Shown: one piece after another, positions 31,415-40,054 of the stretch
Layout of the letters: each line of letters begins with the position of its first letter
How positions within the stretch are numbered: the first letter of the stretch is position 1
NCBI GenBank assembly: GCA_001782045.1
Contig: MFNK01000012.1
Location: 86,890 to 150,889 of the forward strand
Direction of reading: 5' to 3'
DNA from: Candidatus Levybacteria bacterium RIFCSPHIGHO2_01_FULL_36_15b
Lineage (GTDB): Bacteria > Patescibacteriota > Microgenomatia > Levybacterales > UBA12049
Length of the DNA: 64,000 nucleotides
Translations under genes and position numbers: made by a program
Notes under the pieces: generated by a model
Databases searched by the model: none
The model's input: only the letters and a program-made list of their open reading frames with translations
Told to the model about the DNA's origin: nothing

Positions 31415-32677
31415 TTAATAATCTTGAATATGAGCCACTCCTTTTGGAGTCTTATAAAAGATTATAAAAGTTGTACCTGCTAAAAACACGATCAAAGTTG
31501 CAATTATTACCGGAGTTCCCGGTGTAAATGCCGCAGCAATAAATCCCGAGGCAATTGGAGGAATAAGTTGCGCTAGTGCTACTACACTTGCGTTAATTCC
31601 TAAAACCTCTCCCTGAATATGTGAATCAACAGATCTTGAAATTAATGCTCCCATGTTTGAAAAAACTAGTCCCATACAAAGCGCCTGAAGCGGTGCTACA
31701 AGGAAAATAAATAATGGAGTTGGAGCTAGGTAATTAAGTCCTATTGCCAGGCCTGCTCCTAGAATACAAATTTTTAAAACCTGCGCTTCCCTGAATTTTT
31801 TTGCAACAAGACCCGTAACTACAGACTGTGTTATTAGAAAACACAATCCAAAAAATGAGAAAAAGTTTCCGATATCTGACTGATTCCATGTGAATTTTTC
31901 AATTAAAAAGATACTCATAAAAGTTACAAAAAAAGTGAATCCTGACATAAATAAAAAATTAACAAAAAACAGAAACCTGACGTTTTTAAGCTGGAACGCT
32001 TTTCGTATGTCTATTAATGATTTGTGCCATTCAATAACCCTTTCTTTGTTAATAAACTTATTTGTTTCTTTAAGAAATTTTTTAACCTGCAAGGCGTTAA
32101 TCAAGCTTAAAGCCGCTGCGAACAAAAATGGCAGAGTGGGATTAAAAAAACTAACTATTTTAGAGTCGGATAAAAAACCTCCTAAAAAAGGCCCAATTAT
32201 AAATCCCAGTCCAAAAGCCGCCCCTATAAAACCAAAATTTTTTGCTCTATCCTGCGGTTTTGTTACATCAGCAATAGCTGCTTGAGCCGATGAAATGTTA
32301 CCGCTTGATATTCCGGCTAGGGCTCTTGATACAAAAAGAAGCGGAATATTTCTTATTGCAATTCCAATGGCAAAAAGAAGATAGGAAAAGGAAGTAAGAA
32401 AAAGAGTGTTTTGTAAAATTGGCTTGCGTCCGATTTTATCTGAAAACTGGCCAAGTATGCTCGTTGAAAAAAGCTGAGCTAGCGGAAAAGTTGCAGTTAT
32501 AAGTCCCAAAAGTATGTAGCCTGTCTCAACGCTTATGCCTTTTGGCAAAATATAAAAGTTCGAAGCGGGATCTGCCAAAAGAAGGGGAATAATTGGAATT
32601 AATATCGCAAATCCCAGCGCGTCAAGAAATATTGTGAAAATTATAGTAAAAAGCGGACTTTTAATAAATTTTGGCAT
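31415..32677 (-). CDS. MFS efflux transporter, TetA/DHA1-like
   Basis: GQFSDKIGRKP (motif A), SRALAG, GFIIGPFLGG; about 12 TMs. Confidence 0.9.
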   Translation of the reverse strand: MPKFIKSPLFTIIFTIFLDALGFAILIPIIPLLLADPASNFYILPKGISVETGYILLGLITATFPLAQLFSTSILGQFSDKIGRKPILQNTLFLTSFSYLLFAIGIAIRNIPLLFVSRALAGISSGNISSAQAAIADVTKPQDRAKNFGFIGAAFGLGFIIGPFLGGFLSDSKIVSFFNPTLPFLFAAALSLINALQVKKFLKETNKFINKERVIEWHKSLIDIRKAFQLKNVRFLFFVNFLFMSGFTFFVTFMSIFLIEKFTWNQSDIGNFFSFFGLCFLITQSVVTGLVAKKFREAQVLKICILGAGLAIGLNYLAPTPLFIFLVAPLQALCMGLVFSNMGALISRSVDSHIQGEVLGINASVVALAQLIPPIASGFIAAAFTPGTPVIIATLIVFLAGTTFIIFYKTPKGVAHIQDY

Positions 32678-32717
32678 AAAGTAAGATTATAGCGAGAAAT
32701 TCGGAAAAAGAGAAGAG

Positions 32718-32762
32718 TTACTTAGCCGTGGCCTCAAGACCTTTAATATCAAGCTTTTCCAT
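32718..32762 (-). pseudogene. 14-codon ORF (MEKLDIKGLEATAK) behind a duplicated promoter; gene remnant or micropeptide
   Basis: TAAAAT-6 nt-ATG, and the promoter nearly duplicates the one at 33508-33545. Confidence 0.35.
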
Positions 32763-32767
32763 GGGGA

Positions 32768-32799
32768 AATTTTAACTCCTTGCTTTCTATTTGCCAGAG
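32768..32799. repeat. Direct repeat copy 1 (duplicated promoter)
   Basis: AATTTTAACTCCTTGCTTTCTATTTGCCAGAG; shares the exact 15-mer TTCTATTTGCCAGAG with 33531-33545. Confidence 0.75.
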
Positions 32800-33507
32800 T
32801 TATTGTAGTTCTTGCCCTTGATTAACTTTTCCAAATGGGGATTGCAATTGAAAAGTAGCACCCAATTGCTCTGCCCATTTTAAATATGGCATCGATGGGT
32901 CTCGCAAGCTAGATAGACTAAAATTATAGATCATAGAAAACCAATCATAACTAACTATTTGAGGCAATTTTACTGTTTCGACCACGCCATTTTTTAATCT
33001 ATTATTGATGATAACTTGATTGTTTTCCAAAACAACTTCTGGTTCTGTTTCTTCACCGTTCGTTAAACTAGAATCGGCAAATTTAACTTCGCTAAATCTC
33101 ATGGCTCCTTCTACATCTTTGTAATTTGCAGTTGTTCTCGAGGGCCAGTTTGGCCAATTTATATTCCTAGTACTGAACCCGACCTCTAAAGCGATGGAAT
33201 GAGGGTCTCTCACTTTCCATGTTTCGATAAAAAATAAAGGATTTTCTCTATTCTCTGAATCTATGTACCATCTATTCTTAGTAATTCCTTCTTCGTGATC
33301 AAAAAAATAATTAGCAATTATACCGCCATTTCTTTCAACGTAATAAATATGAGGAATATATTTGTCGCTTTTTATAAGAGCTAAATCAGGAGTCAGTGCC
33401 TCTTTTTCGAAGCTATCCTTTTCGTATCTTTCAAGTTCATAAACTCGTCTTTCTGCTAATTCTTTGTCCAGCCCATCGATGAATTGAGGTGATTCCGCTA
33501 AACTCAT
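32800..33507 (-). CDS. Hypothetical protein
   Basis: 235 aa ORF; TAAAAT 6 nt before the ATG; no recognised motif. Confidence 0.7.
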   Translation of the reverse strand: MSLAESPQFIDGLDKELAERRVYELERYEKDSFEKEALTPDLALIKSDKYIPHIYYVERNGGIIANYFFDHEEGITKNRWYIDSENRENPLFFIETWKVRDPHSIALEVGFSTRNINWPNWPSRTTANYKDVEGAMRFSEVKFADSSLTNGEETEPEVVLENNQVIINNRLKNGVVETVKLPQIVSYDWFSMIYNFSLSSLRDPSMPYLKWAEQLGATFQLQSPFGKVNQGQELQ

Positions 33508-33512
33508 GTGAT

Positions 33513-33545
33513 AATTTTACTCCTTATGCCTTCTATTTGCCAGAG
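33513..33545. repeat. Direct repeat copy 2 (duplicated promoter)
   Basis: AATTTTACTCCTTATGCCTTCTATTTGCCAGAG. Confidence 0.75.
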
Positions 33546-33548
33546 AAT

Positions 33549-34004
33549 TTATTTTACATAATGAATTTTGATTCCTAATCTTTTTGCTGTTTCGTGTTCA
33601 TCCGATGCTCCTTCGGACTTTTCCCAGCGAGGAGTCATAAAAATGTCGGTAACTTTTCCAAGCTCTAAAACTTCTCGCCAAAAATGAAGAAAAGCCATCC
33701 TTCTTTCTGGCCTCTCGAGTCTTATTTCCTCTAGTCTGTACCAAAGATCTGGGTTTTCAAATATGTCTGTAGCAGAAAAAATTGGGAAGTCATATTCGGT
33801 TCTAATTCTTTGAGTATGTCGATCCAATATTTTTCTGTTCTCATCGACCCTGTTTTCTCCGTCCGAGCCAATAATACCTGCGACATAGCCAATTCTTGAA
33901 TCGCCCGTTTCTTTTCGTGTTTTCTCAAATAGAGAAATTACTGCGTCTAAAACATGTCCTAAAGTAGTAGCCTTAACGGTTACTTCGGCAAATTCCTTTT
34001 TCAT
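33549..34004 (-). CDS. DUF4406/nucleoside 2-deoxyribosyltransferase-like protein
   Basis: IGYVAGII and DIFMTPRWEKSEGASDEHETAKRLGIKIHY. Confidence 0.65.
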   Translation of the reverse strand: MKKEFAEVTVKATTLGHVLDAVISLFEKTRKETGDSRIGYVAGIIGSDGENRVDENRKILDRHTQRIRTEYDFPIFSATDIFENPDLWYRLEEIRLERPERRMAFLHFWREVLELGKVTDIFMTPRWEKSEGASDEHETAKRLGIKIHYVK

Positions 34005-34011
34005 GCGGCAA

Positions 34012-35055
34012 TTATAGTCCTTCGGAAAATTGTTCTTTGTAAAAATTAATTGTGTTTAAAACTGCATTTGACCAGCCGGATGGAAGTAGATTATGGTCTG
34101 CTCCAGGATATTTAAAGTAGCTGACATTTACATCATTTTTTTCTAAAGTCTCTACTAATTCATCGGACCACCAGTAAGGAACTTCCTGGTCGTTTAGCCC
34201 CTGATTTACAAGTATTGGCGCTTTAATCCACTTGTAATATTTTTCAGGAGAAAATAATTCTATATCGTATAAATCTTCGAAATTTGAAAGTGATTTCCTT
34301 AAGAGTTCTCCTTGGTCATCGTATTCATCTGTGTAATAAAGAATTGAATAAGGGAAAGACTTGGAAACAGGTGCCCATAAAACAGTAGGGTAGGCGTTTC
34401 CAGTAATTGCAAGAGAGACAAGCGCGATATGTCCACCGTTGCTGTGGCCCCAAATTCCTATTTTCTCCAAATTTGCAGAAATTGTCCCGGCGTATTCTGA
34501 TTCAAACACCTTATTTAAAGTGGGGAGAGAAGATAAAAGAGTAAGTGCAGTTGTATATGTTTGAAATCTTCCTTCAAACGAGTCTGCAGGGGCATCAGAT
34601 TCTCCAAATCCCAAAAAATCAGGAGCTAGCGTAATAAAGCCGTTTTTTGAAAGCTCTCGTGCAGAAGGCTGCGTTCCAGACCCCGGTTTATAAACATCAT
34701 CAGGAATAAAACCGCGAAACATTACAACAATTGGATATTCGCCTTCCTTTTTAGGAATATTGGCAAGTCCTGATACTTTTACCATGTCTTTGCTATTAGG
34801 CGTTTTTGGAACGTAAAAATAAAATATTTGTTGAAATGAATTTTCATTCTCACTTACGACGTCTCCAAATTTTATTTGATTTTGGGGAAACTGTGTTTTC
34901 TTTAAATTCTCAAAAGTGTAGGCAAGAAGAGGTCGGGGTATAGGTAAATCTTGTACTATATTATTTCTAAACCACTGGTTTTGGAAGATATATAATGATT
35001 CCATCAAAGCAATTAGAAATAAAAATATACAAAGCAGTCCTAATATCTTTTTCAT
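34012..35055 (-). CDS. Membrane-anchored alpha/beta hydrolase (S9-like)
   Basis: N-terminal TM, APDFLGFGES, GHSNGG nucleophile, DQEV, ADHNL. Confidence 0.88.
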   Translation of the reverse strand: MKKILGLLCIFLFLIALMESLYIFQNQWFRNNIVQDLPIPRPLLAYTFENLKKTQFPQNQIKFGDVVSENENSFQQIFYFYVPKTPNSKDMVKVSGLANIPKKEGEYPIVVMFRGFIPDDVYKPGSGTQPSARELSKNGFITLAPDFLGFGESDAPADSFEGRFQTYTTALTLLSSLPTLNKVFESEYAGTISANLEKIGIWGHSNGGHIALVSLAITGNAYPTVLWAPVSKSFPYSILYYTDEYDDQGELLRKSLSNFEDLYDIELFSPEKYYKWIKAPILVNQGLNDQEVPYWWSDELVETLEKNDVNVSYFKYPGADHNLLPSGWSNAVLNTINFYKEQFSEGL

Positions 35056-35072
35056 GGCGCAATTATAGCAGA

Positions 35073-35801
35073 CTATTTTCTGACAAAAACATTTTTACTC
35101 CTTTTTGCTTCATAAATTAAAATATTAAAATGGCGATAATCCTCATACTCAAGCGTCCAGACTCCTAAGTCCGAATGAGATCGGTCTTTTATTGCTGCCA
35201 TTAAGTCTATGAAACTTTTTGCAACTTGTTTATCCCGAAAAATATGAGTCCTGTCCGTACGAAACAGAGCAAAAACTCTCGCAGGTGTCACGACAAGCTC
35301 AATAATATTACCATCTCTTAATATAGATAGCGCATCTGATGAAGATGGCTTAGCATCTATGGGATGAGTATGTATAACCCCAACCTCGTTTGGTTTAGGC
35401 GTATGAATTAGGCTGGCACCCGCTTTATGTTTTTCTGATTTTCCTCCATTTATCTTTTCAACCAAAAGCTTCATGCCTGATTTATCAATTACCAAGCTCC
35501 TGCTAACTTCTAACCCTGATTTTGCAACTTTTGCAGATTCAGGAAAATCTGTATTCGAAATTACCCCAGGGCGTTTTATCGGAAGCATTTCCTGAAATGT
35601 GTCCATAAGACCTTGTCCCACTGTAAATCTATTAGGGATAAAACGTTCCGGGATTCCGGTTGCTTGATTTAGAATAATTATTCTTTTCCACTGCTCCCAA
35701 GGAACAGGAGGATTTTCTTTTGGGAAAAGTTCTGCAATGGATAATCGTAATCTCTCTGAAAGTGACTTTGCTTGAGTATTTTGGCCTATTCTTCTTTCCA
35801 T
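35073..35801 (-). CDS. Protein with a JAB/MPN-like metal-binding motif
   Basis: GLEV...VIHTHPIDAKPSSSD. Start reassigned to MERRIG (35801), 7 nt after TGcTATAAT. Confidence 0.55.
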   Translation of the reverse strand: MERRIGQNTQAKSLSERLRLSIAELFPKENPPVPWEQWKRIIILNQATGIPERFIPNRFTVGQGLMDTFQEMLPIKRPGVISNTDFPESAKVAKSGLEVSRSLVIDKSGMKLLVEKINGGKSEKHKAGASLIHTPKPNEVGVIHTHPIDAKPSSSDALSILRDGNIIELVVTPARVFALFRTDRTHIFRDKQVAKSFIDLMAAIKDRSHSDLGVWTLEYEDYRHFNILIYEAKRSKNVFVRK

Positions 35802-35882
35802 GCGGGCAATTATAGCAGAAGCGAAAAATTCTTTGAAATCGGTCTTCAAATGTGTTACGCTCAAACTAAGAGAGGAGGCAGA

Positions 35883-36134
35883 ATGGCTAAGGACACCTTA
35901 ATTGGAAAAGTAATCCACTACTACGACAAAATAGAAGTAGCCGTTATCCAGCTTAGCAAAGGGCTTAAGGTTGGGGATAAAGTTAAGTTTGTTCACGGAG
36001 AAGATAGTTTCGAGCAAGATGTAGAGTCAATGCAACTTGAGCACGTTCAAATAACCGAAGGTAAAAAGGGGCAAGAAATTGCAATAAAAGTTGACAAAAA
36101 AGTTAGTTCAGGGACACTGGTTTATTTAGTTTAA
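35883..36134 (+). CDS. Small beta-barrel protein (EF-Tu domain II / U32 C-terminal-like)
   Basis: IGKVIHYYDKIEVAV, LKVGD, VESMQ, GQEIAIKV; strong SD AGAGGAGG before ATG 35883. Confidence 0.85.
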   Translation: MAKDTLIGKVIHYYDKIEVAVIQLSKGLKVGDKVKFVHGEDSFEQDVESMQLEHVQITEGKKGQEIAIKVDKKVSSGTLVYLV

Positions 36135-36137
36135 TTA

Positions 36138-36587
36138 TTATAAAGTTTGAAGCCAGCGGTTAATAAAATAAACTGAGAAAACTGTCGATATTACAAAAAT
36201 ACACTGCCAGAAAAGTTGGTAGATAAACCAAATTGCCTCTCCATTAATTAATTTATGAAAATTTAGGGTTTGCGGAGGATTACGGTTTTTAAATGCAAAC
36301 TGTTCGTTTAACCAATAAATTGTTTCTCCCAAACTTCTTATAACCCAAAACAAAGAAACAAAAAGCAGGAATAAATACCAGTTGTTCAATAATAATGAAA
36401 TTGCTGAGGAAATTATCCAAAACGGCCCGAGAACAAACATGTCACCCCAAACAAAAGCGCCAATAAAAAATAAGTATTTTGTCAGACCATAAGGGTTTCT
36501 TTTTTTAATTTCGTAAAGTCCTTTTAAGAAAATTAGGAAGTTAAAAACTGCAAAGCACGCTATAAATGTTTGCTGCCAAAATTCCAT
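36138..36587 (-). CDS. Hypothetical membrane protein
   Basis: About 4 TMs; TGaTATAAT-6-ATG. Confidence 0.7.
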   Translation of the reverse strand: MEFWQQTFIACFAVFNFLIFLKGLYEIKKRNPYGLTKYLFFIGAFVWGDMFVLGPFWIISSAISLLLNNWYLFLLFVSLFWVIRSLGETIYWLNEQFAFKNRNPPQTLNFHKLINGEAIWFIYQLFWQCIFVISTVFSVYFINRWLQTL

Positions 36588-36639
36588 GGCGCAATTATAT
36601 CAAACTTGCTTTTACTCTCCTTAGATGTATAATCCATTT

Positions 36640-37056
36640 ATGCAAAATACAGAAAGAAGATCTGGGCTCCGAAGATTTATCCCATTTATAAGAGAAAAAA
36701 AAATACCCGTTTCCCCTGTTATAGAAGAAGTAAAAAATGGTGAATTAAACATTCCGGCAGATGCTTATTCTAAGGCAGGCACAGTAGAGGCTCATGTTGT
36801 AACAAAAAGATTTAATGGAGAATGGAAAACAACAGTTAATATTCCTGATTATGGACATCGTGTTGTTGGAGTGAAGAATTTTGCAGCGGAGTCTTTAGAG
36901 GAAGCTTTGAAAGAAGAAAGAAGCTTCATGAAAGATAAAACGGGTGTAGAAGAGCCTAGTCCTATTGAGTTTAATTATGGAGACACACCCCTAGAAAAAA
37001 GAATAGTAATAAGCGACTATTCACAAAGAATTTATACCCTTAAAAAAAAGAATTAG
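36640..37056 (+). CDS. Hypothetical protein
   Basis: Start reassigned to MQNTERR, 6 nt after TATAAT (36628-36633). Confidence 0.65.
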   Translation: MQNTERRSGLRRFIPFIREKKIPVSPVIEEVKNGELNIPADAYSKAGTVEAHVVTKRFNGEWKTTVNIPDYGHRVVGVKNFAAESLEEALKEERSFMKDKTGVEEPSPIEFNYGDTPLEKRIVISDYSQRIYTLKKKN

Positions 37057-37057
37057 C

Positions 37058-37564
37058 CTATTTAATAGTTGAAATTTGTTGTAATTCTTTTTTAATTTCC
37101 TCATCTGTTTTGTTTCCGAAGCTTACTAATAATTTATCTTTCTGATTGACCTCTCTTGCTAGAGCATTCACATCTTCCTTCCCGTTAATAAAAAATCTTA
37201 ATTTTTGGGAATCGTTAGTGCAAAAGACTTGTCCAGTTCCGGTTGTTAGACATTCTTTAGTAAGCTTCATAGGAAGTGTTTTGAAAAAGCCGTCCCAAGT
37301 TATTCCTTTCGTTTTAACAATAATTATATTTGCTTCTTCCATATAAACGTCTTTTGATTGGAAGTGGTATTTAGGGTCTGAAAAAATTCTAAAGATATTA
37401 TTAGTAAAAATTGCAAACGAAGCTTTTACAATTTTTACATCTTTTACTTCGGGCGTAGGAGAAAAAGATTTGCCAACTCCGGACTTATTCTCTGAAGAGT
37501 ACAAATTAAAAATAATAAATGCAGAAAAAATCAACCCTATAACTAGAAGTAAAATTCTTTTCAT
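37058..37564 (-). CDS. Membrane-anchored extracytoplasmic protein with a Cys pair
   Basis: N-terminal TM; ECLTTGTGQVFC..LRFFING..DKLLVSFG. Confidence 0.7.
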   Translation of the reverse strand: MKRILLLVIGLIFSAFIIFNLYSSENKSGVGKSFSPTPEVKDVKIVKASFAIFTNNIFRIFSDPKYHFQSKDVYMEEANIIIVKTKGITWDGFFKTLPMKLTKECLTTGTGQVFCTNDSQKLRFFINGKEDVNALAREVNQKDKLLVSFGNKTDEEIKKELQQISTIK

Positions 37565-37590
37565 TTAAGAAGGAGCATTAGTTTTAAAAT

Positions 37591-38070
37591 CTAAGTAATA
37601 TTTTTCTTATTTCTGTTTCTCTTGTGGATTATCAATGCTGTAATCAAGGAAACTAAGAATATCATAGAACCTATAAAACAAGCTGTCGTAAAAATATTAT
37701 CTGTAGCAACGCCTGAACAGGATACTTTTGGGCCCATCTTTTGAGCATAGAAATTGTAAACTTCTAGAGATAAATTTGACCACGCAAAAATAGTTCCTCC
37801 TACAAGAAAAATTGAAAGAAATTTTTGATGCTTAATTTTTTTCTCTGCAGTGGTTTTAAGAATATATAACGACCAAATAAACGCTCCCAAAAAGGCGAAA
37901 GCTCCATAAAAGCAAGGAGTAGTGATGGGATTTGGGATAATACAATTCTGCACCCTAGTAAGTGAATGATAAATATTATAAAAGCGCGTGAAATCACCGT
38001 AAACTGTAAACCATGCAAATAAAGTACCTACAAGTAAAAAAAACGATTGCAATAAATGCATTTTTTTCAT
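37591..38070 (-). CDS. 4-TM protein with an internally duplicated Cys-pair loop
   Basis: GTLFAW...C..NPITTPCFYG and GTIFAW...C..NIFTTACFIG. Confidence 0.7.
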   Translation of the reverse strand: MKKMHLLQSFFLLVGTLFAWFTVYGDFTRFYNIYHSLTRVQNCIIPNPITTPCFYGAFAFLGAFIWSLYILKTTAEKKIKHQKFLSIFLVGGTIFAWSNLSLEVYNFYAQKMGPKVSCSGVATDNIFTTACFIGSMIFLVSLITALIIHKRNRNKKNIT

Positions 38071-38381
38071 AAGAACATTTTATAAATTCCGGAAAAGAAA
38101 ACTATAAAAATAACCAATGTCATTACAGCAAATATAGCAAGAGTTTTACTAAATAAATTGACAGACTCTTTTTTCTTTCCGTCAAGATAAAGCCGCAAGG
38201 GCTGAAAAACAAAAACGTATCCCATCACAGCTGCAGATAATGTAAATAAAGAAAGAATTGCAATTGGGCCAATTACGGATTTAACCTGTCCTACCATACC
38301 ACTGCCATAATACATAACTGATGCAATTAATATTATATAAAGTAGTGCAGTGGAGGCATTAAGAAGAGGGTTTTTACTCAT
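38067..38381 (-). CDS. 3-TM conserved hypothetical protein
   Basis: LFTLSAAVMGY..FQP..LYLDGKKKE. Confidence 0.75.
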   Translation of the reverse strand: MSKNPLLNASTALLYIILIASVMYYGSGMVGQVKSVIGPIAILSLFTLSAAVMGYVFVFQPLRLYLDGKKKESVNLFSKTLAIFAVMTLVIFIVFFSGIYKMFL

Positions 38382-38467
38382 ACCAATAATGATTATAGAC
38401 CTATTGTCAACAGTTCACAAATAATTTACTCCTATCTAAATCATGCGTATTTTGCTATAATAAATAT

Positions 38468-38905
38468 GTGCATAACGATATTTATGCAAGTGGATTTTTA
38501 TATCACCCAAAAACTGCTCAAATTCTCTTGCAACAACAAAATCCTGCCAACGAAAACTCTGCTTGGACTTTGTTTGGTGTAAATACATTCAAGAATAAAA
38601 CCGCAGAAGAATCTTTAAAAGATTTTTTCCTAAAAGAGCTAAATATTAAATTAAACTTAAAAAACATAAACATAGTTTATAATTATTTTTCAAAAGAACT
38701 TAACAAAGATAACAATGTTTATTACGTCGAAGTAAAAAGCTTACATAAAATTCCTGAATCTAAGAAAATAAATTGCGCTTGGTTTACATTTAAAAAAATT
38801 CAAAAAATGAATCTTACCGCGCAGGCAAAACACGATATAGTGGTAGGTCAGCGAGTTATAGATTCTTCTATTAGAAGAAGCCTCGGGCAGCAAACTATTG
38901 GTTAG
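38468..38905 (+). CDS. Degenerate NUDIX-fold protein
   Basis: ASGFLY..ILLQ..WTLFG, eroded Nudix box (TAEESLKDFFLKEL), AWF. Confidence 0.6.
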   Translation: MHNDIYASGFLYHPKTAQILLQQQNPANENSAWTLFGVNTFKNKTAEESLKDFFLKELNIKLNLKNINIVYNYFSKELNKDNNVYYVEVKSLHKIPESKKINCAWFTFKKIQKMNLTAQAKHDIVVGQRVIDSSIRRSLGQQTIG

Positions 38906-38959
38906 TTTTTCTTCAAGAACTAGACCCAAACTAAATTCTCTGGTAAAATTAACCCACAT

Positions 38960-39031
38960 TCCGCGGTAGCTCAATGGTAGAGCAGGAAACTGTTAATTTC
39001 AAGGTTCTAGGTTCGAATCCTAGCCGCGGAG
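38960..39031 (+). tRNA. tRNA-Asn(GTT); CCA not encoded
   Basis: Acceptor TCCGCGG/CCGCGGA, D arm GCTC/GAGC, loop CT-GTT-AA, T arm CTAGG-TTCGAAT-CCTAG, discriminator G. Confidence 0.96.
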
Positions 39032-39056
39032 CAAGCTAGTGCATGGTCAACTGACC

Positions 39057-39104
39057 GAGGTCTCTATTTAGCCTATCAAGGCTTTCTAAAGACCTCATTT
39101 TTTT
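39057..39104 (+). terminator. Probable intrinsic terminator after tRNA-Asn
   Basis: GAGGTCT..AGCCT/AGGCT..AGACCTC interrupted hairpin followed by T7. Confidence 0.55.
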
Positions 39105-39235
39105 GTCAAACTCTCGGACCGAATTTTACCCTCAAAAGCCACCCAGTGCCAGGATTCGGACTATGACCTCGAGCATTGACATTAAAAATCTAAAAGAATA
39201 AAATCATGGCCAGATTAGGATTTTTAGGATAGTAT

Positions 39236-39691
39236 ATGAAAAATAAAATTGATTGTTATGGGGCAAGCGTAAGCATGCGCATATCGGAAGCGCAAATTCA
39301 ATGGGAAAGATTTAATGCGATGCTTGTTATAAATACAATCTTTATAGGACTTATAGGTTTTTCTTTCGGTAAAGATTTTATTGTTCCTACGCCCATTAAA
39401 GAGTTTCTTCCTTTATTTGGGATATTTCTTTGTGTTTTATGGTTTAAAGTGACAAGAAGAGGGTTTATGTGGACTCAATTTTGGACTGAAACTGCAAGGA
39501 AAATTGAAGAAAAAGATGTTGATAAAAATCAAATAAGACCGTTTAACGATGGGCTAATACACAAAATTGAAAATAAAACACTTCTAAATACTTCAATATC
39601 GTCTTATTTAATAATTGCAATATTTGCTCTTATTTATTTTGCTTTATTACTAATTACAATTAGTACATTTTTAAATAATTTATGTATTTAA
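39236..39691 (+). CDS. 3-TM membrane protein, possibly a RipA/8xMP-like oligomeric pore family member
   Basis: E..IQWERFN, G...C..W....R..W..FW......IE pattern; family recalled, not searched. Confidence 0.5.
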   Translation: MKNKIDCYGASVSMRISEAQIQWERFNAMLVINTIFIGLIGFSFGKDFIVPTPIKEFLPLFGIFLCVLWFKVTRRGFMWTQFWTETARKIEEKDVDKNQIRPFNDGLIHKIENKTLLNTSISSYLIIAIFALIYFALLLITISTFLNNLCI

Positions 39692-39969
39692 ATGAAAAAA
39701 TAATGAACAAAAAAGAAATTAAAATCGAGGCATATTTAGACCAGCAAAAAAAACCTCATCAACTCATAGAAGATGTTATTGCGGAAGCAAATGAGACCAA
39801 AGGAGATAGTCAGGATCGCATAAAGCATTTGATTAAGCGTATGGCTATTGATCAAATTATATTAAAACAAAGAGCGGATAGAACTAATAATTTACTAATA
39901 ATACTTACCATAATTTCCACAATAGTAGCTATATTGTCATTAATAACTACAATTAGAGGATTTTATTAA
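39682..39969 (+). CDS. Small coiled-coil protein with a C-terminal TM
   Basis: Helical N-terminal part, then NNLLIILTIISTIVAILSLI. Confidence 0.6.
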   Translation: MYLNEKIMNKKEIKIEAYLDQQKKPHQLIEDVIAEANETKGDSQDRIKHLIKRMAIDQIILKQRADRTNNLLIILTIISTIVAILSLITTIRGFY

Positions 39970-40011
39970 TCTTAGATAACATAACTGTGATCCTTAATGG
40001 TTCTTGACCGA
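39968..40011. repeat. 44-bp intergenic repeat, copy B
   Basis: 35/44 identical, ungapped, to 40565-40608. Confidence 0.75.
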
Positions 40012-40054
40012 CTCAGTGAGCTAGCCTCAATTTTCCTTCTGGTATAATTAAATC

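Noticed and set aside
39147-39170. GCCAGGATTCGGACTATGACC resembling a reversed tRNA 3' fragment (att site)
   Set aside because: It is in inverted orientation with several mismatches; no direct repeat of the tRNA-Asn 3' end or integrase was found.
39974-40001. AGATAACATAA resembling a XerD arm (dif/pdif)
   Set aside because: No XerC-like arm at 6-bp spacing, and the second repeat copy loses the match.
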